This document shows, piece after piece, positions 57,901-64,000 of a stretch of DNA of 64,000 nucleotides (position 1 is the stretch's first letter; each line of letters starts with the position of its first letter). The DNA is from a bacterium. Its GTDB lineage: Bacteria > Bacteroidota > Bacteroidia > Bacteroidales > Bacteroidaceae. The position numbers and the translations under genes were made by a program. The DNA is taken from NCBI GenBank assembly GCA_963637655.1, contig CAVHOL010000004.1, positions 2,586-66,585 on the forward strand, given 5' to 3'. The notes beneath the pieces were generated by a model. It was given only the letters and a program-made list of their open reading frames with translations. It was not told the origin of the DNA and did no database searches.

Positions 57901-59556
57901 ATGAAAATTCGACACAGAGCATTACTTTCCTTTATCATGTTACTTTTCTCGTTCTATGCAAATGGGCAGATGCAAAACGAAAAACTTACAGCCGAGCTAT
58001 ATGAAAAGGAATTTCCGGTCCTTCGCTCATTCAAGAACAAACGGCTTGCTGAAATAGAAGCGCTGAGAGACCGGATGTTGCTTGTTCCGCCAAAAACGGA
58101 AAAAGGAGCAAAACTATGGAGAGCGTTCCTTGACTTTAACCGGAATAGCCTCATTTCCTTCCCGCTTGACACATACGACAAGGATGACGAGGAGTATTGG
58201 AACCGGATTTCGGCTACACTTATTCCTTTGTTCTACGTCTGCTGCGACCAGCTTGAAGGCCGTGAAAAAGAAGCCTACAACAATGCCTTGACACTGAAGA
58301 ATTTCCTGTATTATGGCTACAGACACAAAGAGATAAGGCAAACCACATGGAAAGACGTCCAAGCCATGCTCGACGAGGACGATGTAGCCATCGAACTGCG
58401 TGTGATGCCGGATGAGGCCCTCATTTTGAGAAAAGGGACTGACAGTCCTGTCAGCTTCCCGATAGATTCTGTCCTTGTGGAGAAATTGGGAATGTTCAAA
58501 GGCGTTGACGCAGTGGAAATAAGCGAGATGTATTCACCTGAGGGAGTACTGTCCAAATTGTGGACGGCCCTTTCTCCTTCTATTGCAGGGGCAAAACACA
58601 TATACCTTTCTGCATCCCACTTTCTCTGCAATTTCAACTATGGCGCCATACCGACAATCAACGGATCAACCGTCGATGATGATTATGACTTTCATTATCT
58701 CGCATCCACAGAAGACATCCGCTCCGTAAAGGATAGAAAAGAGACATCCGAATATAAGTCTGCCATACTCTTCGGCGACATAACTTATGACATGAACGAG
58801 GAGAAAATGAAGGCATCTGCGTCGAGACAAGACTGCGGGCAAAAACCAGTATGGGACTTGACAAGAGGAATGGATGAGGCGACACGCGGCAAATTGCTTC
58901 CATTGCAACATTCCAAAGAAGAAATCCTGGCAATCAACAACTTGCTCCGTGAAAAAGGTATTGAAGTCATGACATTTTCAGCGGATAGTGCAACCGAAGC
59001 GACGTTCAAGACTGCCATCAGACACCACCCTGCAATCATTCACCTGTCCACACACGGTTTCATGCTGGCACCGGTGTACTGCGATTCTGACGAAGCTCCA
59101 ATTTATCCGGAGTCACAAGCTGCGTCGAAATATGCCACCTGCATGCTCAAATCCGGACTTTTGCTTTCTGGCGCTAGCCGGGCATGGAATGGCAAAACGC
59201 CAATAGAAGGTGTAGAGGACGGAATACTTACCACAAAAGAACTGCTTGAAATGGATCTTCGCGGCACAAAGTTGGCTGTACTCTCCGCTTGCAAGACCGG
59301 ATTGGGCAATGACACCAATCTCACAGGACTCTCCTTCGGACCGCAACATGCCCTGAAGACAAAAGGAGTTGAGCAGATTGTGATGAGCCTATGGATGGTT
59401 GACGATGCTGCTACAACGTTACTGATGAAACGTTTTTATGAAGCGCTTCTCACAGGTATTGGAGTTAAACCTGCACTAAAACAAGCCCAACGGAGATTGA
59501 AAGAAGAAGGTTACAACGACCCTTATTTTTGGGCCTCTTTCATCGTATTTGAGTAG
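57901..59556 (+). CDS. CHAT domain protease-like protein with N-terminal signal-like segment
   Basis: 551 aa with N-terminus MKIRHRALLSFIMLLFSFYANGQ. The C-terminal CHAT hallmarks are IIHLSTHGF (His385, 59053-59055), LAVLSACKTG (Cys464, 59290-59292), SLWMVDDAATTLLMKRFY and DPYFWASFIVFE. Confidence 0.87.
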   Translation: MKIRHRALLSFIMLLFSFYANGQMQNEKLTAELYEKEFPVLRSFKNKRLAEIEALRDRMLLVPPKTEKGAKLWRAFLDFNRNSLISFPLDTYDKDDEEYWNRISATLIPLFYVCCDQLEGREKEAYNNALTLKNFLYYGYRHKEIRQTTWKDVQAMLDEDDVAIELRVMPDEALILRKGTDSPVSFPIDSVLVEKLGMFKGVDAVEISEMYSPEGVLSKLWTALSPSIAGAKHIYLSASHFLCNFNYGAIPTINGSTVDDDYDFHYLASTEDIRSVKDRKETSEYKSAILFGDITYDMNEEKMKASASRQDCGQKPVWDLTRGMDEATRGKLLPLQHSKEEILAINNLLREKGIEVMTFSADSATEATFKTAIRHHPAIIHLSTHGFMLAPVYCDSDEAPIYPESQAASKYATCMLKSGLLLSGASRAWNGKTPIEGVEDGILTTKELLEMDLRGTKLAVLSACKTGLGNDTNLTGLSFGPQHALKTKGVEQIVMSLWMVDDAATTLLMKRFYEALLTGIGVKPALKQAQRRLKEEGYNDPYFWASFIVFE

Positions 59557-59636
59557 GCTTGTACAATTTTGAGACAGGGAAAGTGGGCGAATTCCCCACT
59601 TTGCAAAATCCAAACTTGAACAGCCGCAACAACGAT

Positions 59637-60682
59637 TTATGGGAACAACCTCCTTTCTACGCGAAACATGACATTATCGGCCTTTTCTGCCATCCACGTG
59701 TTCAGAGGATTACATACAAAAGCCCGTATCTTGTCGAGCAAGATGCAAACGAAATAAAAGCCAAGTGTAAAAGCCACCATACATACACATGCGAGAAAAG
59801 GGTCAAGAGTGTTGGCCATCCATTTCAGTGGGGTGAAGAAAACGTAACTACCGAAAGGTCCTGCATGAATTATATATACGGCCAATACAGATGAGGAAAT
59901 CCAATTGACGACCTTAGATTGCAAGGTCCACTTCTTTGCCCAACAAAAGAAAAGCACGCAGGCAACTATTACAGCAGGACTGTTGTATCGCAAGGAAAAT
60001 ATTATGGCAAAGGGAGGAAATACCGTCTTTATCGTATGCATTACAAGCATAAGCGCTGAGAATGCAAACCATTTACCCCCCCGAAAAATTTAGTTTCTTT
60101 AACAGAAGATATAAACATGCCAAGATAGTAGATTACAAAGAAATGTATTGCACTATAGCCATCAATTGACACTTGGGTAGCTTGATGCATATAACCAATA
60201 TATGTATCCATCACTGTCAATGCGGCCAACGAAAGAACCCTCTGCCGTTGATTCTGATTTTCAAAAGCCGTATTAAGCAAAGGGGCAAAAAGGTAAAGTG
60301 CAAAGTAAGCCACCATAAACCAATAACCTGACCCTGAAAGAGCGAAAACCGTTTTCTGCGGAATATCCATCACCGGTCCGTCAAGAAACACAAACGCCAG
60401 AATTGTCAAGACAAGCATCCAAAATGCACATTGAGTATAGAGGTTGAAGAAACCTCGCCACGACTGTTTTATACGAAAGTAACCGCTGATCATCACAAAA
60501 CAGTTTACTGCCGTTATACTCATGCACATCAAGAGTATTCGGATATCGTTAGCCCAGCCAAAATCAGCGGAGTGAAGTTTGGGATAACAGGTCTGCAACA
60601 CGTGATTGGTTACTACGCCCAGCATACAAAATATGCGGAGCAATTCAAAATTCGACTGTCTTACTTTTGCATTCATGCACAT
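59637..60682 (-). pseudogene. acyltransferase family 3 (OafA/YrhL-like) gene interrupted by a frameshift at a G7 tract
   Basis: Two overlapping ORFs, 60041..60682 (MCMNAKVRQSNFELLRIFCMLGVVTNHV..., polytopic) and 59637..60050, lie in adjacent frames. The second frame is open back through the C7 (plus-strand) run at 60076-60082. G8 or G5 would give one 348-aa polytopic protein. Confidence 0.75.
60076..60082. repeat. C7/G7 homopolymer at the acyltransferase frameshift point
   Basis: Read directly: atttaCCCCCCCgaaaa. Confidence 0.9.
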
Positions 60683-60936
60683 TCAATCTATATATCATAT
60701 CTCGGGTAGTTTCCGTTTTTATCTTGCAGTTTCCTTTCGGCCCAAGCTAATTTATAGAACCTCCCTATATTCATTTGTGCCAACGTACCAAAAGAGCAAG
60801 TTGCACGAAAGCTATTGCAAAGATAAACATAAATGAAACATCTAAAGATTTTTCGCGAAAAATAATCAAGAACAAGCGTTTCCGTTGTTAACCTTTCTTC
60901 CATCATAGCCATAAAGGGTAAACGAACAACAAAAAT

Positions 60937-61119
60937 ATGAAAGATACAATGGAAAATGTGACGGGATGCCTGATGTGGCTCTACGGAATTGTCAGCCAAA
61001 TTATGACGCTGGTGTTCTTCATTCAATACTGCAAGACAGATTCTATACTGCAGATCATCTTCCTTGACTCCTGGCTTTCGGAGTTGAAGGGTCTGCTGTG
61101 GATATTCTTTATTTGGTGA
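60937..61119 (+). CDS. possible small two-TM membrane protein (60 aa)
   Basis: The ORF MKDTMENVTGCLMWLYGIVSQIMTLVFFIQYCKTDSILQIIFLDSWLSELKGLLWIFFIW lies in an otherwise empty 530-bp gap. No homology was recognised. Confidence 0.25.
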   Translation: MKDTMENVTGCLMWLYGIVSQIMTLVFFIQYCKTDSILQIIFLDSWLSELKGLLWIFFIW

Positions 61120-61215
61120 AAAAAAGCGGGATTACTGTTAACCTCTATCGTCTTTCCTGCATATAAGAGAAAAAGACCAATATTCATAAAACCAATATTC
61201 TATTAATACAATGTT

Positions 61216-62280
61216 ATGAGAAAAGTGTTTGGATACCTGTTTGCCCTGTTTGCCGTAGTTTCCTTTCCGAGTATTGTGGACGTCTATCCCAGTACAGCGG
61301 CAATTATCGGGAGCGCCATGGCATGGGCGGTCATGTCTGTCATCCCGGCTTATTTTCTGCTTCGCAACTCCGGGAAGAAGAAAGACGGCCAGGCCGTCGA
61401 GGGAACGGAACGAAAGAAGTCGCCCGTGAAAAAAGTCCTCAAGATCCTGCTTTCTGCAATTGGCGTCTTTTTGCTCTGCGGAATGATATTCAGCCAGATT
61501 GTGAAGGCGGTATATACGCCTTACAAACACGACAAGCAAAGAACCGAATTTGCACAGTCGGTGGAACGCGCAGACAGAGAATGCCCCATTCAAGTCGCAT
61601 TGGGCAAAGGCGCAATTACCGGCATCAAGTTGGAAGACGGCTATGTCACTTACTACGGCACCTACGACTCGGATTTCACCCATATCCTGAACAAAATAGA
61701 CGATGAGCAGAAAAAAGAATGTATTCTGATGAGTATGCTTTGTATCAATGCCCAGAACGGAAATCAAGGTGATGTCTTGATGAATTCGCTTGAAAAATAC
61801 GGATACGGTATAAGATTCGTCATTACGCAGTCCGGTGCAGGAAAGTTTGACTTTAGGGCTTCAACCGAAGAAATAAAGGCATTAAGGGAGAAATTCCGGC
61901 TCAATCCTCATGAAGCATTGCTCAATGGCTTGTCTATCAGCATTGAAGCAGTACGTGCCTCTCTGCCTCTGAAAATCGATGAAGGGATGCAGGTCACAGA
62001 TTATAGTCTGGAGGATGAGAACATCGTCATTGGCGTAGAGTGCGATGAAGACATCTACTCCATAGACGAAATATCCTCAAAAAGTGAATGGTTCAAAGAC
62101 TCCATGTTTGAAGATGGATTGAGCGATCCGTCGAGCAAAGCGCTACTTGACCTGTGCAAGGTCAGCCATACCGGCATCAAATACATTTTTACGGGCAAAC
62201 GCTCCCGCAAATCCACCGACATCTTGCTATCGAGCGACGAAATACGGCAAAAAGTACAGACGCCATCCCCAATTCAATAA
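61216..62280 (+). CDS. hypothetical membrane protein with three N-terminal TM helices and an internally duplicated soluble domain
   Basis: 354 aa. Two roughly 100-aa units share the pattern P.(Q/K)(V/I)..G..(I/V)T...ED..V ... GI(R/K)(F/Y)(V/I)(I/F)T ... S.(E/D)EI(K/R). No family was recognised. Confidence 0.6.
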   Translation: MRKVFGYLFALFAVVSFPSIVDVYPSTAAIIGSAMAWAVMSVIPAYFLLRNSGKKKDGQAVEGTERKKSPVKKVLKILLSAIGVFLLCGMIFSQIVKAVYTPYKHDKQRTEFAQSVERADRECPIQVALGKGAITGIKLEDGYVTYYGTYDSDFTHILNKIDDEQKKECILMSMLCINAQNGNQGDVLMNSLEKYGYGIRFVITQSGAGKFDFRASTEEIKALREKFRLNPHEALLNGLSISIEAVRASLPLKIDEGMQVTDYSLEDENIVIGVECDEDIYSIDEISSKSEWFKDSMFEDGLSDPSSKALLDLCKVSHTGIKYIFTGKRSRKSTDILLSSDEIRQKVQTPSPIQ

Positions 62281-62289
62281 GAAAGAAAT

Positions 62290-64000
62290 ATGAAACAGTT
62301 TATCTTGATTCTCCTGACATTCGCCGGACTCACCTGCATGGCCCAAAACCGCCCCGAGAGCTACAACTTCAAGCGCGGCGTCGAGGCCGTACAAAACGAG
62401 AAGAACGAGGAAGCTCTGGAATACTTCAACAAAGACATCGACGAGAATCCGAAAAGCGGCTACTCCTACTCATGGATAGCATGGCTGCGCCTTAACAGCG
62501 AAGAATACGGCAGGGCACTGACAGCAGCCGACCTGGCCATCAGGCATCTGCCCAAGAAGGATACAGAGTACATGAGGTTCACCTACAACACAAGGGCAAG
62601 CGTGTACTGTCATCTTGCCGACACCATCAAAGCCATCAATGACTACACCGCCGCCATCAAGGCAGATCCCCAGGAGACAAGCGCCTACAAGTATCGCGCA
62701 CAGATCTACTACGAGCAGGGAAAGTACGACCTGGCCGATGCCGATTACGACAAGATAATCGAACTGGATCCCGGTAGCGTTTTCGGCTACATGGGCAAGG
62801 GCCGCAATGCAAATGCCCAAAAGCGCTGGGACGACGCCATCAAACTCTTTGACTATGTAGAAAAGCTGGCGAGTGACTATACGTATGTCTACACTTTCCG
62901 GGCCACGGCCTATATCGGGAAAGAGAAATGGGACGAGGCAACTGATGACCTTGTGACGGTGCTTACTTTAAAATGGGACAGACAAGCCATGGACATGATC
63001 ACCCAACTGAAAGAGCCTGCATTCACCATGATGGTCTCCAAACTGAAAGTGCAGTCGGCCAAGATGCCCAACGACTCGAAATGGCCTTACCTGACAGGCG
63101 CAATGTATGAAGCGAACGGCAACTACGCGAAAGCCATCGGATACTATACGGAGGCCAATGGCAGAGAGACGTCACCGACCATGTACTACAGGATTGCGAT
63201 GTGCCAGCTTGGGATGGGCGAATACGATGCAGGACTTCGCTATATCGACCAGGCGTTGAGCATGGACAGCACCTCGTACGCCTACCTCTCATACCTGTCC
63301 TGCAAGGCCGACCTGTATAGCGAAAAGGGAGATTTGCAACAAGCCATTGCCGTATGGGACAAGGCACTTGCGCAAAAACCGGATGATGGACCCAGCTACG
63401 CTCAGCGCGGCAGCCTCAAGGATTATGCCGGAGACATAGATGGGGCTGTCGAAGATCTGACTATGGCTGTCACGCTCGACCCTACAGACTCCTATTCATA
63501 TAGTTTCCGTGGCAGCATCTATCAGAGGCGTGGACAGAAAGACCTTGCGGAATCAGATTTCAGAAAAGTCATCGAGATAGAAGATACACACGAAAAATAC
63601 CAGTGCATATACTACGCCTACCACTGGCTCGGACAAGACAACAAGGCCATTGCCGCCATGGACAGCATCATAGCACGCGATGCCACAAGTGCCGGCACCT
63701 ACTACGATGCAGCCTGTCTCTACTCACTGATGGAAAACAAGGCGAAAGCGCTGGAGTATCTGGAGACGTCCCTTCAGAAAGGATATGTGGGCTTCACGCA
63801 CATGGGGTATGACCATGACATGGACTTCCTCCGTGCCACCGAAGAATATAAAGCCTTGGTGGCCAAATACAAGAACGCAAAGGAGAAGAATTCTGCAAAC
63901 CGCACATCGTCCGATGTAGCCGATGAGCAGCAAGATGATCTGGTGACGACCGAAATACCTTTTGTCAAGGAGGACGGGGTCTGCAAGGTGAAGTGCAAAA
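62290..64000 (+). CDS. secreted TPR-repeat protein, 3' end beyond the window; the last residues resemble the start of a retropepsin-like aspartyl protease domain
   Basis: Absent from the ORF track because no stop lies in the window. I translated 62290-64000 codon by codon and found no stop. It starts MKQFILILLTFAGLTCMAQN (signal), has many 34-aa TPR-like units (e.g. AYKYRAQIYYEQGKYDLADADYDKIIELDP) and ends ...TEIPFVKEDGVCKVKCK. Confidence 0.85.
   Translation, partial: MKQFILILLTFAGLTCMAQNRPESYNFKRGVEAVQNEKNEEALEYFNKDIDENPKSGYSYSWIAWLRLNSEEYGRALTAADLAIRHLPKKDTEYMRFTYNTRASVYCHLADTIKAINDYTAAIKADPQETSAYKYRAQIYYEQGKYDLADADYDKIIELDPGSVFGYMGKGRNANAQKRWDDAIKLFDYVEKLASDYTYVYTFRATAYIGKEKWDEATDDLVTVLTLKWDRQAMDMITQLKEPAFTMMVSKLKVQSAKMPNDSKWPYLTGAMYEANGNYAKAIGYYTEANGRETSPTMYYRIAMCQLGMGEYDAGLRYIDQALSMDSTSYAYLSYLSCKADLYSEKGDLQQAIAVWDKALAQKPDDGPSYAQRGSLKDYAGDIDGAVEDLTMAVTLDPTDSYSYSFRGSIYQRRGQKDLAESDFRKVIEIEDTHEKYQCIYYAYHWLGQDNKAIAAMDSIIARDATSAGTYYDAACLYSLMENKAKALEYLETSLQKGYVGFTHMGYDHDMDFLRATEEYKALVAKYKNAKEKNSANRTSSDVADEQQDDLVTTEIPFVKEDGVCKVKCK

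Noticed and set aside
59580-59602. Hairpin aaagtggg/cccacttt between the convergent CHAT and acyltransferase genes as a terminator.
   Set aside because: The stem is only 8 bp and no U-run follows on either strand. This is too weak to call.
59559-59894. 111-aa plus-strand ORF after the CHAT gene.
   Set aside because: It is antisense to the C-terminal part of the polytopic acyltransferase, which has a coherent hydrophobic profile. No motifs were seen.

Overview
The window looks like a Bacteroidales chromosome. Supporting signs are TAnnTTTG -7 promoter boxes, type III glutamine synthetase, DapL, a MurF-Alr fusion, a T9SS-type C-terminal tail and a PnuT/TPK thiamine operon. GC content is fairly high, and the many long G/V/A/L-rich ORFs in the track are antisense shadows of real genes.

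Positions 1 to about 53.2 kb are mostly housekeeping: hisS (edge-truncated, recovered by hand), purA, a DPP-III peptidase, a YidE/YbjL transporter, proS, rpoD, a nitrogen block (glnN-dapL-dapF divergent from PII-amt), a TPP-riboswitch thiamine uptake operon, hflX, tRNA-Lys(CTT), an FKBP isomerase, CotH, sdaA, ftsY, rimO, an HU pair, nudC, an ECF sigma module, murF-alr, lptC, a PpiD-like chaperone and htpG.

From about 53.3 kb to the window end the sequence is visibly more AT-rich and accessory. It holds an AAA-ATPase/PD-(D/E)XK protein, a co-directional four-gene module (exported caspase C14, ECF-type sigma, membrane anti-sigma-like protein, exported CHAT protease), an acyltransferase split at a G7 tract, an internally duplicated membrane protein, and an edge-truncated secreted TPR protein (recovered by hand) that appears to run into a retropepsin-like domain.

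The caspase / sigma / anti-sigma / CHAT module is my best candidate for an undescribed system: a protease-gated sigma switch in the cell envelope.

Non-coding oddities:
- a roughly 0.6 kb nested palindrome built of CCCC..GGGG hairpins next to tRNA-Lys;
- MITE-like hairpin elements in inverted orientation bracketing the nitrogen gene block;
- an array of five 21-22 bp palindromic repeats upstream of the thiamine operon;
- a 72-nt near-perfect palindrome inside that operon.

No CRISPR array, rRNA, integrase or transposase was seen. All calls come from reading the sequence and from motif recognition; no database search or numeric computation was run.
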